Of a stretch of 64,000 nucleotides of DNA, positions 1 to 10,889 are shown piece by piece. The number at the start of each line of letters is the position of its first letter. Position 1 is the stretch's first letter. The DNA comes from Eledone cirrhosa (Eukaryota), in contig OZ024751.1 in the NCBI GenBank assembly GCA_964016885.1, positions 12,462,001 through 12,526,000 of the forward strand. Direction: 5' to 3'. The notes beneath the pieces were generated by a model. That model saw nothing but the letters and a program-made list of their open reading frames with translations. It had not been told where the DNA came from and did not search any database. Position numbers and translations under genes: made by a program.

Positions 1-619
1 TCCTAACGACCCGAAATTCCGATACACCCTTGTTTTCGATCCCATATTGTAGAAAAGACTCTTCTGTTCATTGCCCTTATATATAATTGTCTATGTATGT
101 TGATGTTTTGGAGATTGCGTAAGATGAACGTCTCTGTAAATTTCGAAAATTCAAGAAATGGCTGTAAATGGTAGAGGTAAGAGTTATCTTTCTTATATTA
201 GCTGATAAGATTTCATCTGGAAGAGGACGTTATGAGTTTACAGCTTAAAACTTCTTAATATTTTTCAACCACTTATTTTCAAAATCACACTGTTTTAAAT
301 CCCCCTAAGATGCAGCCTAGCTTTATTCGTAGTTCAGAACCTAATTCTTGCCCAGGGATCTTTGATCAGTTACTTCTATGTTTTATTTCTACTGAAGAAG
401 ATAAAAGCAAGATGATTGAACACTTAAAACATCAGCAACAACAACCTTAAATATTCTCAATGGTGGTAGTGTGATCAAATATGTATCTATTGAAATATAT
501 GGTCATTGTTAGACGTGTTCACATATCTGGGACTAATGCAGCATAATATATTATTGCACAAAACCTACTGTTAAGCATGCTTGCTGTCTGATCATGCATC
601 AACAACTATCACGTCGCCT

Positions 620-1065
620 ATGAAAGCAATAAACCTCGAAATATATTTTATTCTTCACACAAAATCTTCTAAGTAATTCTACAACAAGGCTGGGTGTTAG
701 TTATAAATACAGTCCATCTGATAGTTTTACACACGATTTCTATCTAAATAATTTCTCTAGCAAGACTTAGAGCACCCAACGACTGTATAGACAAATACAT
801 TTGCCAAGGTCGTTCTAATTTTCCTAGAACTCAATATTTTTTTGTAAAACCTTGTACAAAATGAAGGCAGCTCAGTAAATTGTTTTGTAATTAGTGGTAA
901 TTGTTTATGATATATGTATGGGCTACGTTAATGTACAATGGGACTTGGGGTGAGCGGCAACCTACAAAATCGGGCCAACTGGCATCTCTGGTCTGGTTTA
1001 GTCAAAACTATGAATGTTTTTCACACGAATGAAACTACAGTTCTAGTCCAATAAACATCATTTCT
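620..1065 (+). pseudogene. Possible highly decayed Penelope-like GIY-YIG C-terminus plus 3' UTR with the 3' half of a hammerhead
   Basis: Frame-shifted peptides HVAYESNKPRNIF, LGVSYKYS, LARLR and FLELNIFFVKP occur in the order expected for a PLE endonuclease end. They are followed by GAAACTA-cagttc-TAGTC (1031-1048, hammerhead stem III + GUC), AATAAA and TA-rich sequence. Very degenerate. Confidence 0.3.
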
Positions 1066-1085
1066 ATATAAATTAGTATATATAA

Positions 1086-1300
1086 TTAGAAAGTGAACAA
1101 CACAAAATATAACTACTCCATTACCAAAGGTTTCTGGATGACCGATCCAGACATATACTAATATTGTCTGGGATCCAGAAACCTATGGTGATGGAGTAGT
1201 TATATTTTGTGTTGTTCACTTTCTAATATTAAATACCTCTGTTCTATACATTGAGCACTCTTTTTTCCTTTGCTTTTCTTCGGAGTTACCTAACACATAT
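1086..1300 (+). mobile_element. Penelope-like (PLE) pLTR remnant with 5' fold-back inversion; same family as 7200-7380
   Basis: 1086-1139 is the reverse complement of ~1173-1226. It carries GAAACC-tat/ttt-GGT(G/A)-atgg (hammerhead 3' half), then a TTGAGCACTC tail, and ends in (TA)n. Confidence 0.6.
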
Positions 1301-1316
1301 ATATATCATTTAAAGC

Positions 1317-1354
1317 GAGCTGATGATCCGTTTGAGGTGAAACAATTTGTTCTC
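1317..1354 (+). ncRNA. Minimal type I hammerhead ribozyme motif
   Basis: gag-CTGATGA-t-CC-gtttga-GG-t-GAAACA-att-TGTT-ctc: stem I gag/ctc, short stem II, stem III ACA/TGT, GUU triplet. Confidence 0.55.
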
Positions 1355-1395
1355 AGAAATAGTGTATTAACTGTTGTGGGACTACTTCTCTCTCT

Positions 1396-1451
<56 letters not shown>

Positions 1452-1453
<2 letters not shown>

Positions 1454-1590
1454 CGGCTCAGTTGTTACCGATGATGTTGATCTTTTCTTTTTTTCAGGTT
1501 ATAGTTACCTTCCCTCAGAGAGTGGGATTGGTTCAGTGCACAGTCTTTCCTCACTTTAAAAAATATCTTCACGCACAGACATTGCACGAT
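1452..1590 (+). mobile_element. Old diverged internal fragment of the RTE-derived non-autonomous element
   Basis: gatgatgttgatcttttc...agagagtgggattggttcagtgcacag...cttcacgcacagacattgc aligns by eye to 25572-25682. Confidence 0.6.
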
Positions 1591-1741
1591 AGAATTAATT
1601 AATTATTATTAATAATGGTATATCGTGCAATGGCCATACTCGATAACGAGGGTAGCAGCCATCATATATATATATATATATATGCCCACCTTCACATACA
1701 TGCATATATATATATAGAGAGAGAGAGAGAGGGAGAGATAC

Positions 1742-1772
<31 letters not shown>

Positions 1773-1859
1773 TATACATGTATACTTATATATATATACA
1801 TATATATCCATATATATACATACACACACACGTGTGTGTTCGCGTATTTTAAATATATG

Positions 1860-1890
<31 letters not shown>

Positions 1891-1958
1891 CTGCGTGTGT
1901 ATTCATAAGATCTGCATTTCCGTCAATAAATTCTACTCTCAAGGCATAGAGCACATGA

Positions 1959-3124
1959 CACCTCATATAACATATGATAACCTAAAGCTCAAACAATATA
2001 TTTCACCCTGAGGCTGCAGTTTCTTGTAGGTCGCACCACGACGAAACTCCCCAAACTACACTCATATATATATTCATAACATAACCTGGAACTCAAACGT
2101 AAGCCCTTGTTACTACAGGGAATGGCACCTCATATAACATATGATAACCTAAAGCTCAAACAATATATTTCACCCTGAGGCTGCAGTTTCTTGTAGGTCG
2201 CACCACGACGAAACTCCCCAAACTACACTCATATATATATTCATAACATAACCTGGAACTCAAACGTAAGCCCTTGTTACTACAGGGAATGGCACCTCAT
2301 ATAACATATGATAACCTAAAGCTCAAACAATATATTTCACCCTGAGGCTGCAGTTTCTTGTAGGTCGCACCACGACGAAACTCCCCAAACTACACTCATA
2401 TATATATTCATAACATAACCTGGAACTCAAACGTAAGCCCTTGTTACTACAGGGAATGGCACCTCATATAACATATGATAACCTAAAGCTCAAACAATAT
2501 ATTTCACCCTGAGGCTGCAGTTTCTTGTAGGTCGCACCACGACGAAACTCCCCAAACTACACTCATATATATATTCATAACATAACCTGGAACTCAAACG
2601 TAAGCCCTTGTTACTACAGGGAATGGCACCTCATATAACATATGATAACCTAAAGCTCAAACAATATATTTCACCCTGAGGCTGCAGTTTCTTGTAGGTC
2701 GCACCACGACGAAACTCCCCAAACTACACTCATATATATATTCATAACATAACCTGGAACTCAAACGTAAGCCCTTGTTACTACAGGGAATGGCACCTCA
2801 TATAACATATGATAACCTAAAGCTCAAACAATATATTTCACCCTGAGGCTGCAGTTTCTTGTAGGTCGCACCACGACGAAACTCCCCAAACTACACTCAT
2901 ATATATATTCATAACATAACCTGGAACTCAAACGTAAGCCCTTGTTACTACAGGGAATGACACCTCATATAACATATGAGAACCTAAAGCTCAAACAATA
3001 TATTTCACCCTGAGGCTGCAGTTTCTTGTAGGTCGCACCACGACGAAACTCCCCAAACTACACTCATATATATATTCATAACATAACCTGAAATTCAAAC
3101 GTAAGCCCTGGTTACTACAGGGAA
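1959..3124. repeat. Tandem array of a 167-bp unit, 7 copies
   Basis: cctcatataacatatg starts at 1961, 2128, 2295, 2462, 2629, 2796 and 2963 (period 167). The first six copies look identical; the last has a few substitutions. Confidence 0.97.
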
Positions 3125-3504
3125 CTAAGGTGAGATGAGCAATTAATCTAAACAGGAAATTTTTCCAGAAGTGAATTAAATATTTACGGTTATAGTGTTG
3201 TTGAACTACACCAAACCATTGAACTAACTTCCCCATGTGTAGAATTTCTTTCATTGAAAATGTCAGCTTCCAAATGTCGAATTTTAATAATTGATCTTAT
3301 AATGTTTAGTTATTTATTTATTTTTGTTTTGTTTTTGTGTTTCCTTTTTTTGTTTGTTTGTTTGTTTTTGTTTTGTTTTTTGTTGTTTTTAATTTTGAAA
3401 TTAAAATAACGGTGCAGGCTTTCATAATTCATGATGTTAATTTAATTAAATTGTGGTGCAAAGCGGTTTCAGACAAATGTGGAACATACAGCCATGTTTC
3501 TACT

Positions 3505-3860
3505 CCATTTCTCTCCCTCACTCACTTTCTCTACTCCATCTCTCTCTCTCTCTCACTCACCTTCTCTATTCCATCTATCTACTCCACTCTCTCTCTCTCT
3601 TCCATCTGTCTACTCCACTCTCTCTCTCTTCCACTCTCTCTCTCTTCCACTCTCTCTCTCTCTTCCACTCTCTCCCTCTTCCACTCTCTCCCTCTTCCAC
3701 TCTCTCTCCCCCTCCCACTCTCTCCCTCCCTCCCACTCTCTCCCCCTCCCACTCTCTCTCCCACTCCCACTCTCTCCCTCCCTCCCACTCTCTCACCCAC
3801 TCTCTCTCCTTGCCACTCTCTCCACCTCTCTCTCATTCACTCTTTCTCTCCAACCACCTC
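3505..3860. repeat. Degenerate CT-rich (ccactctctc) minisatellite
   Basis: Repeated ttccactctctc/ctcccactctc units. Confidence 0.85.
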
Positions 3861-4137
3861 CACTACCTGCAATACCACCAACACGTTAATGGAGAAAATG
3901 ATGTAACTCCTCGGTATGTCATACCATTTTACATCGCTCTATAAAGCAAAGACGGCTCACATTACTATATATATGGACAACTATACGTGTGTGTCTCTGT
4001 AAGTATACATAGAGAATCACACACACACACACACACACTCACACTCACACTCACACACACTCTCTCTCTGAATAACACAGTTCGTTATGTAGAAGATATG
4101 TCTGTATGAAATAAACCGTGTGTGTGTGTGTGTGTGT

Positions 4138-4345
4138 ATAATGGACCTGTTATTTTTATCTAAAAACATCTTTTCCAATTCCACCCCGCCCGTCCCTTCA
4201 GTTTATCTAATTTCTCATTCTTTCTTCTGATGAAGGACTAGCGCCCGAAACGTTAAGAGCCTCTTCCTGTTATTTCAAGCGTTTACCTAATATATTCGTT
4301 CCATAAACTGTACTGATTGTGGTGTTATTTGTGCTTATTTTTCAT
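4138..4345 (+). mobile_element. ~210-bp PLE-like mini-element carrying a type I hammerhead (homologs at 28138-28348 + and 60720-60797 -)
   Basis: aatggacctgttatttt... body is shared with 28142 onward; flanked by (GT)n and (TA)n. Confidence 0.7.
4223..4258 (+). ncRNA. Minimal type I hammerhead ribozyme motif
   Basis: tctt-CTGATGA-aggactagcgccc-GAAAC-GTT-aaga. Stem III is the palindrome AACGTT, as in dimer-forming PLE hammerheads. Stem II is perfect (GGAC/GTCC) in the 28226 homolog. Confidence 0.7.
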
Positions 4346-4436
4346 ATATATATATATATATATATGTATATGAGAGAGAGAGAGAGATTTAAAAGAGTTG
4401 ATGTCAATGCTGCAGTATATGTACAAACTTTATTTA

Positions 4437-4522
4437 CATATTACAGTTGTTTCGATATCGATCAGCTCAGGGTACAATCAAGGTGACAAGGCCCGACTTT
4501 TTTTGACATCTCTGCAGATATG
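4437..4522 (-). ncRNA. Type I hammerhead motif with extended stem II and one core mutation
   Basis: Minus strand: catat-CTGCAGA-gatgtc...gatatc-GAAAC-aact-GTA-atatg, followed by AATAAA. CUGANGA is mutated to CUGCAGA. Confidence 0.6.
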
Positions 4523-4610
4523 CGAGCTTATATGTGCAAGACACATTTAAACTGGTGTTACACACTTAGCTAACACACGCAAGCATCATATATATATATA
4601 TATATATATA

Positions 4611-4673
<63 letters not shown>

Positions 4674-4994
4674 GTTTTACAATTGCGTACACGTTTATCT
4701 TAATACTCTGGTCTTTAAATCTTTATGACTAACTGAGCTTGGGTCTTTGAATTACAGGTACGATCTGGAGAGAGAGACCTAGATAGATAATTAGAGAGAA
4801 ATATACAGAGAGAATACTAGATAAAGAAGGGGAGAGAAGAAACTCCCTAAGATACTAACATGAATTTAGCTTTAGTTTTAATAACGAGAGAGTGTGTGTG
4901 TGGGGGGGGGGGGGGTAATTAGAGGGAGACCTAAGGACAGACGACTGAATAGAATGAAAGAAGAAACGACCCTAAGATATTGGTGTCTTATATA

Positions 4995-5196
4995 GGTTCA
5001 AGGCCAGCAATTTTTTTGGGGGGAAGTCGATTAAATCGACCCAAGTGCGTGACTGGTACTTTATTTTATCAACCCCCCCTCCCGCTGTAAGGATGAAAGG
5101 CAAAGTTAACCTCAGCTGGATTTGAACTCAGATCATAAAGGGCCGTAACTCTATGCTGCAAATTATAGCGTCCGACCCTCTACCGATACTGCCAAT
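4995..5196 (-). mobile_element. tRNA-derived SINE (octopod-type, Nin/Deu-like central domain)
   Basis: Reverse complement of ttggcagtatcggtag (A box) ... gagttcaaatcc (B box) ... ctttgcctttcatcctt...gataaaataaagtaccag. Confidence 0.85.
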
Positions 5197-5329
5197 GTAT
5201 TTAGCTTTGGTTTTAATAACGAGAGAGAGTGAAAGGGAGAGAGAGAAGTGAGAGAACTAGATTGATAATTCTAGGGAGAGAGAGAAGAAACGACTCCAAG
5301 ATACGAACATGAATTTTGCTTTGGTTCTA

Positions 5330-5720
5330 CTAACAAGAGAACGGGAACTAAATAGAGAGTCAGAAAGAGAGCTAGAGAGAGACTTCTAAATAGAGAGAGG
5401 GACTTCTAAACAGTGAGAGAGATTACTAAATAGAGAGAGAGAGACTACTAAATAGAGAGAGGGACTTCTAAACAGAGAGAGACTACTAAATAGAGAGAGA
5501 GAGAGAGTGCTAAACAGAGAGAGACTGCTAAATAAAGACTACTAAATAGGAGAGACTACTAAACAGAGAGAGAGAGACTACTAAATAGAGAGCGTGACTA
5601 CCAAATAGAGAGAGAGAGTGAGAAACTACTAAATAGGGGAAGAAAGAGAGACTATTAAATAAAGATAGGGAGAAAGATTACTAAATAGAGAGAGAGAGAT
5701 TTCTAAATGGGGGAAGAGAG
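5330..5720. repeat. gagagactactaaatag minisatellite
   Basis: More than 10 degenerate ~18-22 bp units. Confidence 0.85.
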
Positions 5721-6398
5721 AGAGTAGTAGAATCGAACCAAGATACAAACATGCATAGCTTAGGTTTTACTAACAAGAGAGAACGAACTAAAACTAAATA
5801 GAGAGTGTGTATGTATGTGTGTGTATGTGTGTGTGAGAAAGAGAGGGGGGCGGCGGAGAGAGGAGAAAAAATCAACCCATATATGCATGTATTTATTTAG
5901 CTTTGGATTCAATAAATATTTCTTTTCTAACAACTCCATAGAGAATATTCAAGTTATCTAAACTATAATAAAGTAAGAAGCGCAGGACTGCGTACGGTTT
6001 ATAATTTTTTATCCCCTTAGTAAAATAAGTTGGATTACTTTGAATAAATAATGAATGAATATTGCATAATTTATTCACTAAATTTCGTGGCTGTTCATTA
6101 AATATATGTTGTTACTTATTTAAAAGTTCACTTCTTTAAAATGTTCAAATGTCAACACTTCCGGTTAGTGATCATTTAAATAAATATTCATATATTTCTG
6201 TCATCAATTTTCTCCTAATACAGTTTATATATAATATCGTCTTTTTTTAATGTATCACGAATTACCTTACTGATTACATAAGACAGTGTAACAGTCTTCG
6301 TTCAATTTCTATGTATATTGTCAATTATGATTTTATTTAATGTATCATATCTACATGCATATATACTTGCGTATAATATCAATATACACACTACACAT

Positions 6399-6438
6399 GC
6401 TAGCAGAAAACCACCCGAGGATGGTTTTTCTGCTAGTA
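6399..6438. repeat. ~38-bp palindrome with CTAG termini (second copy at 38624-38660)
   Basis: ctagcagaaaaccacccgaggatggtttttctgctag. Confidence 0.8.
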
Positions 6439-6496
6439 CAAGTAATTGAACAATTGCTATGTAAAACTATAGTTATGTCATTAGCCAACGTTATTA

Positions 6497-6787
6497 TACC
6501 AGTAATGTACTGGTTAATTGCTGGCCTTGTGCCAAAAGTAGAAACAGTTATTATACTAAGACTTCTATATATTATTATACTAGGGCGGTAGATTGGCAGT
6601 ATCGGTAGAGGGTCGGACGCCATGCTTTACAGAATAGTTACGTCCCTTTACGATCTGAGTTCAAATCCCACCGAGGTTGACTTTGCCTTTCATCCTTACG
6701 GGGGTCGATAAAATAAAGTACCAGTAATGCACTGGGTAATTGCTGGCCTTGTGCCTAAAGTAGAAACAGTTATTATACTAAGACTTC
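6497..6787 (+). mobile_element. Full tRNA-derived SINE (6581-6787) preceded by a duplicate of its own 3' end (6497-6566)
   Basis: A/B boxes and central cctttcatccttacgggggtcgataaa. The tail ctggccttgtgcc...agaaacagttattatactaagacttc occurs twice. Confidence 0.9.
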
Positions 6788-7199
6788 ATAAAGGCTACAG
6801 AAGTTAGACAATTTAGATACAGTTTATGTATTTAGTGATGTTTGACGGTTTGTATAGGTTTGTTGGTATACCTCGACAAGGAAAGGAATCTGACATTTAG
6901 GGGAATTATGTTTGTTTTATATATATGCCATTCCACCATTGGTTGCTTGGCTGGTTCAGGCGCCGTTTATTTCTTTGTTCTCTCTCCTTTTCTCTCTCCC
7001 CCTTTCTCTCTCCCTTTCTCTCTCTCTTTCTTTCTCTCTTTCTTTCTTCCTCTCTTTCTTTCTTTCTTTCTCTCTCTTTCTTTCTCTCTCTTTCTCTCTC
7101 TCTTTCTCTTTCTTTCTCTCTCTCGCTCTCTCTCACTCACTCACTCACTCACAGGTAAAATTCATTCCTATACCTTATATATATTATTATTATACTTTG

Positions 7200-7380
7200 G
7201 GAGGCTCATGCTGATGAACGAGCAGGATCTTTCCGTAAAGATCGTCTAGTCTCCTGAAACCTTTGATAATGGAACAATTCTATTGTGTTGTTTATTATGT
7301 AATTAAATAGCTCTGTACTACACATAGAGCACTCTTATTTCCTTTACCTTTTCTAGAGTAAATACTGAACACACACATAT
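7200..7380 (+). mobile_element. PLE-like remnant with a degenerate hammerhead (CTGATGA at 7211, GAAAC at 7256)
   Basis: Stem II contains gatcttt-ccgt-aaagatc. The 3' part aligns with 1173-1300, including the GAGCACTC tail. Confidence 0.55.
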
Positions 7381-7429
7381 ATATATTTAATGTGAGTCCC
7401 GACTTTAATCGGGGGGAGGGGGGGGGGTA

Positions 7430-7620
7430 ACCCCAGTAAATAAAATACTCAATACATTAGTAGAGTGTATACAACAAATTTAATATAAAAATCGCTTCTA
7501 CAGGTCTAAAACTGTTTCATTTGAAGGAAATCACCAGGAAGTTTTCTGATGATGATTTCCTTCGCATGAAACAGTTCTGGTCCTGTAGAAGCCATTTCTA
7601 TATTACATTTGTTATATGAT
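7430..7620. mobile_element. Fold-back PLE-like remnant with a hammerhead core next to the apex (family also at 50520-50660)
   Basis: 7474-7540 is the reverse complement of ~7545-7615. The right arm reads CTGATGA...GAAACAGTTCTGGTC. Confidence 0.6.
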
Positions 7621-7930
7621 CATTAAAGTTTGGTGGTTCACCACTGGATAGAACTGGTCATTCCGTATATATATATACATATACATACATACATACATAT
7701 ATATATATTTATATATGCAAAAGTTCTATTTAAATTGTTGGGATACAACAAGCAAATATTTTTAAAACTGATATAATGCACTCGACAAGTATTTGGAGTA
7801 AATATACGATATTAACAAATGGAAACTATATTTATAAAACCATATCAATTTATTATACATATTTTATCCTTGAAATATGTATAATAAAATTGATATGGTT
7901 TTATAAATATAGTTTCCATTTGTTAATATC

Positions 7931-8008
<78 letters not shown>

Positions 8009-8444
8009 ATAAATTATCGAGAATCGCATTTCGGCCCTCGAAATAACGAAAAACAACCTCCGAGATGTGTGGCAAGTGCTCAATGATTCGGATGAACCAG
8101 AGCTATAACAAACGTTAAAGGCCAAACACACTGAGACGATGATTAAACAATCATTCGCATAGCCAAAAAAAACGATCAAGTAATTCGGGTAATGAAAATT
8201 TACCCGGACCCCTGGAAGGTTGGTAAAATCCAGTATTTGGGTTTCTGCGGCTCCTAAATCAAGTACTGTCCGCTTACATAAATAATGTGGGCTTCTGGTA
8301 AGATGATTGAACAAGAAAGCCACTTTCTCAACAGGTTTTAGTTCAATGTTAATACAAGGACTGACTATTGCTGACCCCACGTGGGGATCGGCAAGGGAGG
8401 CAACCCCTATATCAGGCGAATGAATTCAGTTGTGTATATTTTTT

Positions 8445-9054
8445 ATGGTGGCTGCCAACTCGTTTTCGAGTACGGCCACTACTTTATATCCATGTAGGAG
8501 AATCCCTACTGATGCGCTGAACGAGTGTGACTTTTTAGTCCAGCCAGCGACTTGAAAACTCTGGTACAAACACTACACTTGTGACAATTATTGACACATA
8601 GTGCTGGGACCAAGGTACCATGTGACGACAAGTGCAGAAAGATCTTCAGATATAAAGCAATGCCTGTGTCGTGAAGCTTTTATAGTGAGCAAAGGCACTG
8701 CACAAAGCCAGTCCCACTCTCTTAACCAAGATGATATTAACCAAAAAGAAGAATAAGTCAACATCATTGGATACCATCAGGGTTGCAGGTGTTATATCAG
8801 AGTTTTCCTTCTCCTAGAATTCTGCCCTGACAAAGGCTAACGGGTCATCTCTCCCGGTGATTTTGGATGACCATTGGCTCTTAAGAGCTCCTTTGCCCTT
8901 TGACAGGTTTTGTTTTTAGTACTGCAGGATGTCCAAAGTCACCCTCCTCACCAAGAAACCTTGGTGGGATTGCCAGTTTAGTCGCCAGCGACCCGACCAT
9001 GAGACAGGTTGTACTGGGATACATGTTACCAGTAGCACCAACTGCTGACCTGAC
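8445..9054 (-). mobile_element. Non-autonomous bipartite RTE-derived element, full-length copy 1
   Basis: Reverse complement of 25286-25894, high identity. Confidence 0.88.
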
Positions 9055-9153
9055 ATAATATATATACATACATATATATATATATATACATACATATATA
9101 TATATACATACATATATATATATTTATACATATATATATATATATATACATAA

Positions 9154-9196
<43 letters not shown>

Positions 9197-9197
9197 C

Positions 9198-9228
<31 letters not shown>

Positions 9229-9349
9229 CATACATATATATATATATATATACATACATACATACATATATATACATACATACATATATATATATATACA
9301 TACATATATATATACATACATATATATACATATATACATATATATATAT

Positions 9350-9408
<59 letters not shown>

Positions 9409-9651
9409 TATATACATACATACATACATATATATATATATATACATACATATATATATATATATACATACATATATATATATATATACATACATATATA
9501 TATATATATACATACATATATATATATATATACATACATACATATATATATATACATACATACATATATATACATACATACATATATATATATATACATA
9601 CATACATATATATATATATACATACATACATATATATATATACATACATAC

Positions 9652-9684
<33 letters not shown>

Positions 9685-9709
9685 CATACATATGTATATA
9701 TATACATAC
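9055..9709. repeat. (TA)n/(TACA)n compound microsatellite
   Basis: Seen directly; continuous with the 3' tail of copy 2. Confidence 0.95.
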
Positions 9710-10263
9710 ATGGTGGCTGCCAACTCGTTTTCGAGTACGGCCACTACTTTATATCCATGTAGGAGAACCCCTACCGATGCGCTGAACGAGTGTGACTTTT
9801 TAGTCCAGCCAGCGACTTGAAAACTCTGGTACAAAGACTACACTTGTGACCATTATTGACACATAGTGCAGGGCCCATGGTACCATGTGATGACAAGTGC
9901 AGAGAGATCTCCAGATATAAAGCAATGCCTGTGCTGTGAAGCTTTTATAGTGAGCAAGGCACTGTACAAAGCCAGTCCCACTCTCTTAACCAAGATGATA
10001 TTTACCAAAAAGAAGAACAAGTCAACATCATTGGATACCATCAGGGTTGCAGGTGTTATATCAGAGTTTTCCTTCTCCTAGAATTCTGCCTTGATAAAGG
10101 CTAAGAGGTCATCTCTCCCGGTGATTTTGGATGGCTATTGAGTCTTAAGAGCTCCCTTGCCCTTTGACAGGTTTTGTTTTTAGTCCTGCAGGATGTCCAA
10201 AGTCACCCTCCTCACCAAGAAACCTTGGTGGGGTTGCCAGTTTAGTCGCCAACGACCCGACCA
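9710..10263 (-). mobile_element. Non-autonomous RTE-derived element, copy 2 (5'-truncated)
   Basis: Same 3' end (ggcagccacc-atgtatgt on minus); lacks ~50 bp of the 5' end. Confidence 0.88.
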
Positions 10264-10348
10264 TATACATACATATATATATATATATACATACATATAT
10301 ATATATATACATACATATATATATATATATACATACATACATATATAT

Positions 10349-10380
<32 letters not shown>

Positions 10381-10455
10381 GGTATATTACATACATACAT
10401 ATATATATATATATATGGTATATTACATACATACATATATATATATATGGTATAT

Positions 10456-10490
<35 letters not shown>

Positions 10491-10889
10491 GGTATTATAC
10501 AAACACATACATATATGTACGTTTGTGTATGTGTTATACAGATGTAAACATGTTTTGGTTGGAAACGGAAGTTGTTCTAATTTCTGTACGCATGGGCATT
10601 TAACTCGTCAATTAAGTCGTAGAAAAAGAATAAGAAATTGAGAAGTAGGTCAGGGATGTAGGATGTGAGGGTCTGTGTGTGTATGATGTAAGTAATATAG
10701 GGAATATGAGGATAACATGGTGGTGAGGGGGGAGGTAATAAATGGTGGAAGTTTGAAGATGAAAAGTAAAGGAGGGATAGGGGTAGGTGGTATAGAGGGG
10801 ATGTGTGGTGGCGAGAGATGGTGGAGATGATGCAAAAAAGGGGGTGATGTGTTTAAGAGGAGGTGGGGTAAAAATACTGGAAAGTGGGG

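Noticed and set aside
1959-3124. CRISPR-like array or hammerhead satellite
   Set aside because: No variable spacers, and a eukaryotic context. CTGAGGC is not CUGANGA and no stem I/III can be formed.
3860-3920. Possible host micro-exon ending at cg|gtatgt
   Set aside because: No convincing acceptor, no recognisable peptide and no partner exons.
6581-6680. tRNA genes at A/B-box-containing sequences
   Set aside because: These are SINE heads with extended box spacing, no cloverleaf, and continuous SINE bodies.
8370-8430. HDV-like ribozyme candidate (ccccacgtgggg ... ggcgaatg)
   Set aside because: Folds as a simple hairpin (ttgctgacccca/tggggatcggcaa); I could not build the P2/P3 pseudoknot pairings.
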